64,000 bases of DNA from the human T2T-CHM13v2.0 reference genome, Homo sapiens. A program made the translations under genes and the position numbers. The notes beneath the pieces were generated by a model. The model saw nothing but the letters and a program-made list of their open reading frames with translations. It searched no databases and was not told where the DNA came from. The stretch lies in NCBI RefSeq assembly GCF_009914755.1, contig NC_060933.1; one strand, given 5' to 3'. This document shows positions 34,864 through 47,600 of the stretch, piece by piece (positions within the stretch are counted from its first letter, which is position 1; the number at the start of each line of letters is the position of its first letter).

Positions 34864-35346
34864 TGTCAGGCCTCTGAGCCCAAGCCAAGCCATCGCATCC
34901 CCTGTGACCTGCACGTATATGCCCAGATGGCCTAAAGTAACTAAAGAATCACAAAAGAAGTGAATATGCCCTGCCCCACCTTAACTGATGACATTCCACC
35001 ACAAAAGAAGTGTAAATGGCCGGTCCTTGCCTTAACTGATGACATTACCTTGTGAAAGTCCTTTTCCTGGCTCATCCTGGCTCAAAAACACCCCCACTGA
35101 GCACCTTGCGACCCCCACTCCTGCCCACTGAGCACCTTGGGACCCCCACTCCTGCCCGCCAGAGAACAAACCCCCTTTGACTGTAATTTTCCTTTACCTA
35201 CCCAAATCCTATAAAACGGCCCCACCCCTATCTCCCTTCGCTGACTCTCTTTTCGGACTCAGCCCGCCTGCACCCAGGTGAAATAGACAGCTTTATTGCT
35301 CACACAAAGCCTGTTTGGTGGTCTCTTCACAGGGACGCGCATGAAA
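34864..35346 (+). promoter_or_regulatory. 3' LTR with mutated poly(A) signal
   Basis: 9 substitutions plus 1 indel versus the 5' LTR (manual count); AATAGA at 35282-87. Confidence 0.95.
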
Positions 35347-37299
35347 ATAAATGGTATGGTGCTTTTAATTTTGGTTTCCAATTTTCCACTGCTAGTATAT
35401 ACAGAGATGACTGGTTTTTGTATGTTGACTTTGCATCTTTCAACTGAGTTTTTTTAAGACTCTGGAATTTTCCATCCAAGAGGCTAAATCAGGGAAGGCA
35501 TTGATCCTCCCCTTGTTCTCTTTGTCTCCCATAGAACAGCTTGTGGGTAGAGGGTCAGGTGAACCAGCCCAGACGTGAAGGTCTAGGGGGTCATCTCACT
35601 TTGGAGGGAGCCCCACACGAAAGGCTTCTGCAGTTTTGTGGGCCCTGGGGGCTGAGAGCAGGGCTTGGGGGAAGCCTAGGAGTAGAAGAGCACTGAGTTC
35701 TGAGTTGGAGTAGGGCAAGTGTCTTTCAGGTCACCCCTCCCCTCAGAAGAAGGTCTTGTTCAAAATGCCTGAGGATGCCTCTGCAGCTGGCCTCCATATA
35801 TGGCCACTTGGGCTGGAAATATAGCTATGAATGACAGCATGGCTGGGCAGGAGGCCTGAGTCCTTGACTGCAGCTCCCTGCAGAGCCTGCCATGCCCTGG
35901 CAGGCCCCCCAGTCTGATGTGGGCAGGGCAGGGCCCCCAAGTCTGCTGTGCAGTGCCTCTGTGATTGCCCACGTGGGACCCGAGAGATGACACAGAGGGT
36001 TCTGGCCTCACCTCTTCCACTCGACTCCTGGATTTTTTAGGACTGAAGTGAGAAACATGGGCTATTTTATCATGGACTGGAATAGGTTAGACTTTGAGGG
36101 GCTCTGTCAAGGACTGGGTAATTAATTAGAGCCAACAGGGGACCAAAGACCCAGACTGGGATCACAGTCACTCTACGTAGGATGATGAGGCCCACCTGGA
36201 GGACTGGGTCTCAGTATGAGCTCTGTGTCTCAATACAGTGTCTGCCAAACCAGGAAAGATGTCTCCTGGACTATCTGGCTCTGCTTTAGAGAGTTAAGAG
36301 CTTAAAAAAAAAAAGTTTTTATATGAACCTTTTTAGCTGGCCTGAGGCAAGTGAGCTCTGACCAGTAAGATGAAGCTGTCATGTATGTCTCCCAGGGCTG
36401 AAGCGTTGTCATGAAAATCAGATTCATACAGGAGAAGTGTAATCCCAGAGGGCACACATGGTTCCTCTGCTTGGAAATAAAGAGTCTGTAATGTCATGGC
36501 ACCCCAAGTAGGACATTTATTAATGAAGTAGTTAACAGGGTTTTGAATGGAGTCTTTTATCACGGGGCCCCTTATCCTGGGCTTTTTAGTTTCATCTGAA
36601 TAATTTAGTCCCTGGCTTTAGAGGAACTGCCTGAGGCAGTAGGTTTCACAGTTTTGTTTGTCTGTGACATCAGTTTATCAGCCTTGGGAGTGTAGATGTC
36701 ATTTGGAGATGTTTTGCATGGCAGCTGAGACTGTCTCTCAGGGTCAGGGTTGCAGGCGTGGGTATAGGCTCAGCAGTCTGTCTGAACCCACAGCACTCAC
36801 CGCTGCTGGGAGAGGCAGTGTGGCAAGGTTTTTGGTTTTTGTTTGTTTTGGAGGCATGGGAATGAGGAGAAAGCTTTACAGGGCATGTAGTTTGACAAAA
36901 CAAAGATTATTAACGTCTTTTTCTCTCCCCCGTACCTTTCTAGGAGTTGGGGTTTTGTGTTTCGTTTGGTGTTGGTTGTTGCTGTCATTAGTGTGTCTTC
37001 TTTAACAAAAACTTCGTATTCTTTAAAATTATTTTTTAATTTTTATTTAGATTTTTTTGTTTGGGAGAATTGTCACAGAGACAAAGTATTTTCACAGGAA
37101 AATATTTCTATATAACTTAAGCAGGAAAACACACCATGTTTAAGAATTGGCTAGCACAGAGGTTTCACTTTTTAAAAAATTTTTAAATGAGTTTCCATAA
37201 CTTCTCACTCTCTGTTGTTTAAAAAACATTTTTAAAAAATTTATATAAAGTCTTTAGAAATGGGTCAAAGGGGATAGAAGGCCCCTGCTGGGTCTTCCA

Positions 37300-39130
37300 C
37301 GGAAACCACAGGGCCAGTGACTGTAGGAGGGCACACAGGTAAAGGATGGGCAGCCAGGCCCATCCAACTATGTGCCACAGCTGAGAAGTGCCCTCTTGGG
37401 GCACTGCTCACCTGAGATGTGTACTGCAGGTTGGGGTTAGTCTCCTCTTAGCAGCCACTTAAGCCTGTTTGTAAATCGTTTATTAAAATATTTCATCATC
37501 TCTGCAACTTGGGAGTGATGTAGAGATAAGACAGTCCACTCCATGCCCCATGATTGGCTATCATCAGATGCAATGTGTTGAGGAAACCTGATCAGGAAAC
37601 AAACGTGATCTTGTAGGGCCTGAATAGTGTGGCCCAGGCCAGTGAAACGTTTGGAGATGGTGAGGCTGAACTTGGAGAAAGTGTCAACCACAGTCAGCAT
37701 CCAGAGGAGCCCCAAAGGTGGGAAGAAGGGCCCAGTGGGATCCACCTGCCAAGAATGCCTGGGCCGTGTTTGTAGCCTAGGCCAGAGTCTGGCAAGGAGT
37801 ATGGCTTTTCTATGCTGATCCAGCAGCTTCTGAGGACAGTGGCCATTGTGGCTGGATGCCGAGTCTACCAAGTGTCTGGATATGCCTGGGCCACCTTCCT
37901 GTGGATCCAGGAGGCGAACAGTCACACATCTGCTCGCTCTGGGGCAGACACTTCAGTCTCCTCATTTCCTTGGCAAGCAGTCTGCTCATTGCTTATGTTT
38001 TCTCTTGTTGGCTCAGCAGCCTTTTTAGAGACTATTTACATTGGCAACAAAACGTTTATTAGGAGTGGAGCTAATTTTTATATAAATGTCTCATCCCCAC
38101 AGGGTGGCTTGTTTGACGTCAGTCTGGGGCTGAGCCACAGCCCATGAGTCCACGAAACCACAACAGGGCTCCTTTGTGGGTGGCCTGTATAGCCATCAGA
38201 ACCCCACAAAGCTCTGCCATGGAGCTGAATATCCCTTACCATGCTCTGTAAGAGACAGGCTTCTTTTAGGCCAGATGACAGGCACACCCTGTTCCAGCCC
38301 AGCAAAGGTTACCTGGGAGGAGCCATCAGTGAAGCAGGCCCACATGTGGTAAGAGAGGTCTCTATATCTGAGCCAGTGGAGACAGCATCTCCTTAGGTGA
38401 TGTGCAGCGGAGGTGAAGGGACACTCCTGAGATCTTTCCATGAAGTTGCAGTATCCCAGCTAGCCTAAGTCATGCCTGCTCTTGGGGGTATCATTTTTGT
38501 TTTACTATAGAAAATATCTGAGTTGTTCCCACTTAGTATTTTGAGACTTTTTTTAGACTCACAATATAATAGGGATTTGGAATTTTAAGATTATTTTACA
38601 ACCATGGATTACGTGTTCAATATTTACAAAAGCCCAAGAACAGGACAGTAATTTTCTCTGAAAGGGTGTATAATTTTTAGCCAATGCTGGGAGCTTATGG
38701 GTCTCAAAGTGCAGCAGGGTCCTCTGGCCAGTGGTCGTGCATTTTGCCATAGGGTCTAATTGGCAAATGGGGAGTTGGGAAGGATGTTACCAAGACCTGT
38801 AACTCAAGTGGTAAAGTGGGGCTCACGGGGAAGGTGGCCTTGGTGGCCAGTTGAAGGGTCTCTAGGAAACTGGGTTGGTGGGGGCTCCACTCAAAGGTAG
38901 ACGGGTCCCATCAAGAGCTCTGCATGGGTGTGCAAGAGTGCCAATGCCAGATGGTCTCAGTAATCACTGGGCTTTGTTTCTATTTGTCAAGGCAGAGAGG
39001 GCCAAATGCTTGGCAGTCATCTCTTCTGGAACGAGGCACTGTGTTCCTTAATCATTTTTCCTTGCAGGAATTTTACTTGGGTATTAGGTTCTTGCTTTTT
39101 GTCTGTGTTAATGGATCAGCATGTAAACTC
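37300..39130 (-). pseudogene. pol: Fossil class III (ERV-L-like) pol: RT thumb, tether, RNase H, integrase
   Basis: Collinear motifs INTDKKQEPNTQVKFL, FEWSP, KLPALAKNYTPFQRKLLSCSWA, FTDGSS, WQVDPTGP...LTVVDTFS...PQHIASD. Confidence 0.85.
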
Positions 39131-39851
39131 CTATCTCCTAGTGGCACTCTTCTGTCTAGTACTCAGGAAAAATTTTTCTTTCTGGACCTGCATTTTCAGA
39201 AAACAGAGTGAAAAATAAGTGTCAAGGGAATGACAAGGTGTATCAGCCATCTCAATGAAATGCTGTTATGTCTGATCATTTCCTGGTCCACTGTGCTGTG
39301 CATGATGTCCGAGGCACATCTAGGCATACCTTTTGTCCTCAGCATTTCAAACTCTTAGTAGTTCACCCTTTATGAGCAAATAGCAGGTCCACTGACCACC
39401 AAGGAAGCACTGTGGGGTGTTCAGATCTGTACCCGCCATTATTTCTGGTGTATTGCAATGCATCTGGTAGGAGGAAATACCGTAAATTTGGTCCAAATTG
39501 CACATAGTTGGCAGGCACTCTTCATTATTCATATTTGGGGTCGTGTTGTGCCTGTTTCCTGCTTTTTGAACTATGTCTCCTCTGCTTTTATACTTTCTGT
39601 TTGTTATTTGTTGCTTTCCAGACGTAGGGTAGATGAATCTTTTCTACTCCTCCATCTTAAATAAACCTTCAAAACATCACATATTTTAAACTTGGAAATA
39701 TAATAATTACCTCAAAAGAAATGTTCAGACATTTCTTTTTAAAAGATACACCAAAATATTTTGGTTTATCTTTTTTGAACATTTCTCTGATAAAGATGCA
39801 AATGAAATTATTTTTGCAAAGAAAATTGCTTAATTTACTCTTTGTAGAGAT

Positions 39852-40015
39852 CTATGAATTTAAAATTCATAAATTACAAAATTCATAGATTTCATAGATT
39901 CATTTATAGAATTTCATTCATAGATTCATATGAATGCATAGATTCATTCATAGAATTCATAGATTAATTATGAAATTTATATTATAAAATTCATAGATTC
40001 ATTATGATTTCACAG
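39852..40015. repeat. Degenerate (ATTCATAG)n AT-rich repeat
   Basis: Repeated attcatag/ttcat units. Confidence 0.75.
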
Positions 40016-40364
40016 AGAATCATAATTGTGGTAAAGATTTATCAAGTAATTATGGGTAAGTCTAGTATTGTTTATTTAATGCAATGCTTGAGTTACCAGA
40101 ATAAGTATTAATTTTCAATTCAAACATTTTTCATGTAGCTTGTTTTCCAAAGTGAAATATGAGTGGTGCTACTTTAAATGAATAGGGACAGAAATACTAA
40201 GTTTTAGATGCAGGATTACTTGATGTCCATTACTTTATAAACGACAACAGCCCTAGAAAGTACTCTTGTCCACATGGTACACACAAGGAAATTGAGAGTC
40301 AAAGCGCTTAAGACACTTGGCCAATCTCACATGAACAGTAGACAGACAAATTGAAAGAAACCAT

Positions 40365-41585
40365 CATCCCTGCTCGGAGTCCTTATAATAGCCTCCTAAC
40401 TGGTCTCCCCTCTCCACTCTGTCTCACCTCTGCCACTTTGTTCTCCATCCAGCACTGAGCTTGCTATTAAAAACTTGTCATGTTGTGCTGAGAGAGTTGA
40501 CTGTTGGGAGACAATTCCACGGATCACTTTTGTTTCTGCAAAGATTGGGCCTTCTGAGCAAAGACATGTTTAAATAGTAGACAGCTTTGGAAGCTAGAGG
40601 TGGTGTATCCCTGTACAGAAATTTTAAGAACCTACCACCACAGAGACATCCACGGTAGTAAAGATAAAGCTCTCTTCTTTTCCTCCCGGAGATACCCGCT
40701 TACATTCCAGGGTAGTAAGTCATCTCTCTTCAGAGAGGAGGAAAGGCAAAAAAGCAAACATAGCAGCGCTATAAAAGCTCACAGTCACCTAACTGTGTGG
40801 TTCCTCTGCCATGATGCCCCGTTAGATCCCACCACCCATACAAGTTATGTGAGGTCCTCACTACACTCCTTGCAGAGCTTGGGGCATAGGAAACGGCAAG
40901 ATGTTTCTGCAGCTGCTGACTTTGCTGTGAGTAATTAACGGTGCACGTCTTTGGTCAGCATACATGTAAAACATCGTGGCAGGTGAGTAGGGTCAAAGTT
41001 CAGATCCTTCACAGTTCCTGACTCAACACTCTCTTCTCTGCTTAAGCCTCCCACGGCCTTCCTACCCCATTCAAAGTAAATATGGAAGCCTTATGGCTCC
41101 CCCTTCCCCCTTCACTGCACACTCACACACATTAGCTCTTTTACTTTCTCTTCTACGTGCTTGCTTTGCTCCAGCAACACTAGTTTCTTTGCTAACCCTT
41201 AAACCTAACAGGCAGCCGCTTGCCTTGAGAGTGCATTTGCTGTTCCCTCTGCCTGAGCTTCTCCCCCGTGTATGTGCAGGGCTCCCTTTCGCCATTCCGA
41301 CCTTTGTCTGAGCATCATGTTCACAACAAGTCTCTTCTGTGGCCAACTTTCACAACTGCAGCCACTCTCTCAATGCCCTTAGACTCCCACTGCTTTACTT
41401 TTACTCAACTTCACTTATTACATCTTTTACCTATTATCTCATTTTTGTCCACTTCCCCTATCAGAATGACAACTCCATAAAGACAAGACTTTTGTCTCAT
41501 TATTTATTGCTGTGTGCATCATCTAAAATAATAACTGGCTCATAGCAGGGACTCAAGAAATATTTGTCAAATGAATGAATACATG
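40365..41585 (+). mobile_element. L2 3' region interrupted by an LTR
   Basis: aatagcctcctaactggtctccc...; 3' end ctcaagaaatatttgtcaaatgaatgaat. Confidence 0.75.
40502..41022 (+). mobile_element. LTR47/MER76-like solo LTR
   Basis: Starts TGTTGGGAGACAATTC and ends cagatccttcacagttcctgac. Confidence 0.65.
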
Positions 41586-43384
41586 TATAACTCTGAATCT
41601 ACATTGTTTTCACTTCTACACTATCTCTAATTCTTTATTAATATCCTTTAATGGAAGAAAACTAACAATGTTTGGAGTGACAGCTACTTTAGATTTACCA
41701 TTGAGAAAAGAAAATCATGAGTTGAAAAATGAAATAATACTAGCAAATATAATGAAGAAGAACTAAAAATAAAGTGCAATCCTTGAAAAATTGCTAATTT
41801 CAGAAACAACTCAAAACCCATCCACAAGCACACTTGTTCTGGGCAGATAAGATGCTTTTAACCATCTTCATCTAGGAATTCCATCTTCTTGGGATCAACA
41901 CACCTTTTTTTGCTAGACTATCAGGCAGCAATATTGAGTTCCAACATATGATTCTTAGTACTTCACTCCAAGCCAAGCTAATCAAGTAGCCTCAGTAGAT
42001 GGCTGAAAAATTTGCTTTATTCACATTTTCTGGGCTGTGTCCAGAAACCCTTTTGTGTGTGCCCTTTCTTTTACAGGTGTGTTGTGAATTATCTGGAAAT
42101 GATTCAGTTTTCAGAAGGAGCAACTGGCTAGGGTTCAAACTCTAGAGGTATGAACCAGTCAACATCTAGTAGTTTTCTGGTAGGTTCTGTGGTTTTTCTT
42201 AAAAAGATTAGGATGAGGAAACTTCAAAGAGAATTGATACTTCTTTGTAAGTTCTTGAGCAAGTCCTTAACCAATCTGGGCCCCAGCTTTCTCACACAAA
42301 AAACAGAGAGGGTAATATCTGGCTCAGAGGAGAGTCAAGAAAATTAAAGGAAATAAAGTATGGAAGTTGCATTTTGTTATACAGATTCAAAGATTCAATA
42401 TGACAGAAATGGAGAGAGAAGAGATATATGTATATAAAATACAGAAGTCATTTTCTCATCCACAATGAGATACATTTCCCCAAGTCCCAGCTAAATCCTG
42501 GAAGTTTTATATAATCAGTGTGACAGGAGGTGATCTGTGGTAAAATTAGACACATCCCAGGAAGTGCTCCTAATCACAATTGAAGAAATAATAGGAACTA
42601 CTCACGTGACTATCACTCTGCAGTCAGGCAGCACCTATTTGACTTGTGAAAATCTTGATCCACTGAATCTTAAATATAAATTCAAGTTGCTGAGGCTTTC
42701 CTTACAGGTGTTTGAAAGACCTAGATCCTGCTTTTTGGGGCAGTGGAGTCACACGAGCATTGCATGTATATGAGTGTGAGCATGTGTGAGTGTGTGTGTG
42801 TTCTCAACTCTCTGCCTCTCCATTTTCCCTCTATACTTAAACAAATACGGAGAAGAGAGCAATGTCATCATATGAATTAGTAGAGAACTCAGTCTTTTCT
42901 ACAGATGAAACCATTTATTACATTTATTCTCTAACAAATAGGTATATCAAACTGGAAAATCAATGTGAAATAAAAATGTAAAAGAAATGGTCTTTTCCAA
43001 GTCATTAACACAAAATATATTTTCCAAATATAGCAGCTGCAGCAAGGACAGCTCTCTACCCAATACCAGCTCTCATGAGCCCAGATATTGATCTCTAATC
43101 CTCTCCTCCCCTGGAAGAGATCAGGACTTCCTGATGGGTATTTATCTCATAATTCATAATTACATAATTCACGTAAAAATTTAAGATGTTTCCAGAAAAT
43201 CTGGAGCTTCCACCCTTTAAGACTATTACTGGAAGAGCTGAAAGTAGACAGCCAAATTTGGACAATTTGAGGAAACATCAAAATAATAATAGTTAATGGC
43301 ATATTAACTTATATTAATTAAATTGATGAGGCATGATCTCATAATGACAAAAGAGAACTATTGATTTAAAAACGTAAAGAGATA

Positions 43385-43645
43385 CCTGACATGGTGGCTC
43401 ACACCTGTAATCTCAGGACTTTGAGGTCAGGAATTCGAGACCAGCCTGGCCAACATGGTGAAACCCTGTCTGTACTAAAATACAAAAAAAAAAAAAAAAT
43501 TAGCTGGTCATGGTAGCGGGTGCCTGTAATCCCAGCTACTCAGGAGTCTGAGGCAGGAGAATCACTTGAACCTGGGAGGCAGAGGTTGCAGTGGGCTATC
43601 GTACCACTGCACTCCAGCTTGGGTGACAGAGTAAGACTCTATCTT

Positions 43646-43677
<32 letters not shown>

Positions 43678-43680
43678 GGA
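43385..43680 (+). mobile_element. AluS with left-arm deletion
   Basis: Alu dimer skipping from ggactttg to aggtcagg. Confidence 0.85.
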
Positions 43681-44059
43681 AATAGATAATTATAATAAAA
43701 AAGATGAGTATGATAGACATTTTTAATTCATTATTGATTTTAGTAAGTTATAGAGTTATTTGTGCATGTGCGTTTTTGGTTGCATCTAGTTAGTATATGT
43801 CTGTGTGTAAGGAATTTATTTGTACTAGTTTCTATGTGAGCAAGAATAAGCAATGACTGAGAACTGTCAATTAACCAGGTAGCCCTGGGAAACAAACACC
43901 CAGCCAGAACATTTAGATCAGAGCAAAGAGTGGTACCAGTAAGGGTGCTTCACAAGAACCCATCTCAGTGGTCTCGTCCAGTAACCAAATGGGTTTCACC
44001 AGTAAATTCCAAAGGTAGAATTAACTACAACCCTCTAAGTCAGTGCCATCCAAAGAAAG

Positions 44060-44245
44060 ACACTCTAAGCCACCTGTGCAATTTAAAACTTTCTAATGAC
44101 CCAATTTTTAAAAAATAAAGTAAAATTAATCAAGTAAAATTAATTTTTACAAGCTATTTCATTTGTCCCAATATATTCAATGTAATAGCATTTTCAATTG
44201 TGGCACTAGACACATTTTCAAAAGCTCAGTTGTCATATGTGGCTG
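44060..44245. mobile_element. MER3/MER33-like hAT element
   Basis: gcactagacacattttcaaaagctcagttgtcatatgtggct. Confidence 0.55.
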
Positions 44246-44764
44246 TTCTGCAAAGAACTATTTAATCAGACTCACTCTTACTCTCCCAAGAGATGATAAA
44301 TCTTTATAGCTGCGCTAATTAAGAAAACACTGATGTTTAGTAGTTACATGAACCAGGGTGATCTGTTTCGATGGTAGGCTCTGTGTGGGGCATGGTAAGG
44401 CATGAGAACATAGAGATCACTTGTCTCCACAGATTAAAAAGCAGAAGACACGCAGGACCAAGAGAGCCTGATGGTGTAAGAAGTGAAACCATGTCATAAA
44501 CATGGCTACTCCACTGGCCCGAGAGGCCCAGCCTCGCCATGGACTGCACACCTGCTAGGGGAAATGCTCTGAGATAGTCCTGCTTTTTTTTTCAGGGAGT
44601 GGGAATAGTAGTCATAAGAATATTGAAAACCTAGAAAGGCTTGAGAAAAAGCCCACAGGAAGGAGCATTAGCAATAACAGTAAAGAAGAGACAGAAGAAA
44701 AATGTTTTAAAAAATTAAATGCACTCTTATAAACATACAGTGGTAAGAATTCTTCTCTACCTAT

Positions 44765-45307
44765 TGTGTCCAGAATTGGTTCCTTCCGGTGGATTCGTGG
44801 TCTTGCTGACTTCAAGAATGGAGCTGCGGACTTTTGCCGTGAGTGTTTCAGCTCTTAAAGATGGGCCGGACACAAACAGTGAGCAGCAGCAAGATTTATT
44901 GCGAAGAATGAAAGACCAAAACTTCCACAATGTGGAAGGAGACCTGGGTTGCCTATGCCGGCTGGGGGGTGGCCAGCTTTTATTCCCTTATTTGTCCCCG
45001 CCCATGTCCTGCTGATTGGTCCATTTTACAGAGTGCCCATTGGTCTATTTTACAGAGCACTGATTGGTCCATTTTACAGAGTGCTGATAGGTCCATTTTA
45101 CAGAGCACTGATTGATCCATTTTACAAACCTTGAGCTAGCTACAGAGCGCTGAATGGTGCATTTTTACAGAGCGCTGATTGGTGCATTTTACAAACCTCT
45201 TGCTAGCTACAGATCGCTGATCGGTGCGTTTTACAATCCTCTTGTGAGACAGGAAAGTTCTCCAAGTCCCCACTCGACCCAGGAAGTCCAGCTGGCTTCA
45301 CCTCTCA
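44765..45307 (-). mobile_element. LTR12 (LTR12F-like, ERV9) solo LTR
   Basis: Minus-strand start TGAGAGGTGAAGCCAGCTGGACTTCCTGGGTCGAGTGGGGACTTGGAGAACTTT; tandem ~23-bp CCAAT units; CTAT/CTAC TSD. Confidence 0.9.
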
Positions 45308-47394
45308 CTACTAACACACCTCTCACATTAAAAATGTATCAGACTTGGGTATGTGCTGACCTCCTCAAGGTCTACTCCCTCCCAAAAGAGGGGGAGGGTG
45401 TTATTCTTCCCATTAAGTAATTAAATTACTTGAATAATTTAGCACATGATCTACTAGTAACTAATCTGTGGTATTTGCATTTAGACTATAGACAGGCTTT
45501 TCCCAAAGACTTGAAAAGAAGGGACATCAGATGAGCCTCTTAAAGTCCCTAAAGATCAGGCAAGGTGAAGAAAGAACCTCGAGAGCGCCTTGAAGACAGA
45601 CAGACCGGCAGGCTGAGCTGCTAACTGGTCGCCCACACCAGATTACCGTAAGAGTATGTGTGTCAGTCAAGTGTCTGGCCAGGTTTGGAAGCCAGGAAAA
45701 AGTGAGAGACAGCAGCAAACAGCTCCATCACTTGGTTAGACCCCACTCCCCGAGCAGCAGTGGCAAGGAAAGCCAGCCTGGAATGCAGTGGCTGCAGCTG
45801 TCCCCTCGGCCTGAGGCCCTTGGACACTGGGCCTGTGCAACTAACTACTCCCACTCTGAGCCCATGTTCCGCGGGCAGCCCCCGACATCTGTGCAGATGG
45901 AGGACTGGGGTCACCCTGCAGCTATACCAGCCAGCCTGCTGAGAAGATTCTGCATCTCCTAAGATGTCGCTTGCTATTCTGACATCATATCTTGGTCTCT
46001 TTTGTTTAATTATGACAAAGCATTCTCTGCAAAATGCCGCTGTTCTCATCATCCTGGTCCAAGCCAAGTTCTGAATCTGAGAGCGGGACACCAGCCCGAA
46101 GCCAAAGGTGAGCTCTTCACATGGGAAAACCAGCCTGGGTTCCTGGATTCTTCTCAGAAGAGAACTAAGACTATTAGAAAATAGAATTCTGCAATACTTT
46201 GTTTTCACAGGTGTAGAAAAATTATATTCAATTTTTACCCTTGGCCTGTTTTATTATAATGACCTCTCTTTTTCCTGCCTTTCAATCCAGCTGAGACAAT
46301 GTATGCATGTTTACATCATGTGTGTATATACATCTACTTGCACATAGATGTATATAGTTATATATGTTTAATGTATATATGAATAAAATGTGCATACAGC
46401 AGACTTAGGGACTTCTCTGGAGGGAGGAATAAAGGTTGTAAAGTAGAAGAATATCTACCAATCCAGTTGCATATGGATTTCTTTGAATCACTGACCATTT
46501 CAGTCAAACTCTCCACATTTTGCAGGGAAGTCTTTCACCTGCGCAGTCCCTAATGCCTGTTTCATACCTGGGAGAGTTTTTGTTATACCATTTGAAGACA
46601 GTTGGATTACAGATCCAACTCCAATCTCCTGTCCTGTCACAGTGTCCCTGTGTGATGCTCTTTTTTGACCCACACACTGTATAGGTCCTAGACTTCCCAT
46701 ATGGTATCAGTGGACAATTAAGGAGACTTCACCACTAGCTACTTCTGTCTGCTCAATATGCTCTTTCTGAATAACGGTGAAAAAAATCTATTCACAGTTC
46801 AGCCAAACATGCTTTCTTTATGTTACGCAGCATATGGGGCAATTTGTCAAGGTAATAGTAAGTCTCTTGGAAGGCTAGAAGGCTGCAATTCATTATCTGA
46901 AAAACAAAACCTCAACCATGCTTTATGCCAGTGGAGATGAAATCCTCTCAATATCAGAAACCAACGATTGCTAAGGAAACAGGGGAAGAAAGGGTCTCCC
47001 TCTATTCCAATAAGGAAGCCATTGCCTGACCAGATCCCCTTTTCCCTATTTTCATCTCATAATTGGAAATGAATATGTCAGAGAATATATGCCACCTCAC
47101 CCAGATGGAATGTCTAGGCTAAATTTCCATGCAAAGACTTTTGTGCTTTTATTTTCCAAAATTCCTTTACAGAATCTTGGTTCCACGAAAATACAAGATT
47201 TTAAAAGCCAATAATAGCTTTTTAAGGAAGAGAGATAAAAAAGGTAGGAATCTAAACCAGCATAACTCAAAAGTCCTCGTTCCCCTTATAAGTTTTCCAT
47301 TGCCTGAACTTTCAAGCAGCAGATGACTATAAATCCTGTAAGGAATAAATTGTTGCATATGTTGATCTATTTACTTAAAAGTTGGGCAAACAGT

Positions 47395-47600
47395 AGCTAG
47401 ACAGGCAATGTAGTTAAGTGCATAGACTCTGGGATTAGACTGCCTGGAGTCCAGTCTCATTAGGCAGTCACTTGCTGTTTGACCTTGGGTAAATCACACC
47501 TTCTGTGCTCCAGCTTCCGTACAAAAATTGTAAAAAGCAATTAAAATGGTATCTGTCTCAACAATTGTAGTGAGAATCTAATACATTTATACATGTGTCC
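47395..47600 (+). mobile_element. MIR
   Basis: gactctgggattagactgcctgg...tgaccttgggtaaatcac. Confidence 0.7.

Larger units (their letters stand above)
29661..35346 (+). mobile_element. HERV-H provirus, internally deleted (RTVL-H2-like, ~5.7 kb), inserted into an old L1
   Basis: Two LTRs, TSD ATAAA (29656-60 and 35347-51), His PBS, polypurine tract, gag/pro/pol remnants; L1 sequence resumes across the insertion. Confidence 0.99.

Noticed and set aside
29661-35346. Identification as the ESRG or LINC-ROR locus itself
   Set aside because: Leader sequence is shared by many HERV-H copies, the ORF C-terminus differs from ESRG as recalled, and I cannot verify the flanks.
36400-36480. SH3-like ALWDY motif on the minus strand
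   Set aside because: Isolated five-residue match surrounded by stops; no other SH3 motif.
45012-45235. Regularly spaced repeats resembling a CRISPR array
   Set aside because: No unique spacers or cas genes; this is the LTR12 U3 tandem repeat in primate DNA.
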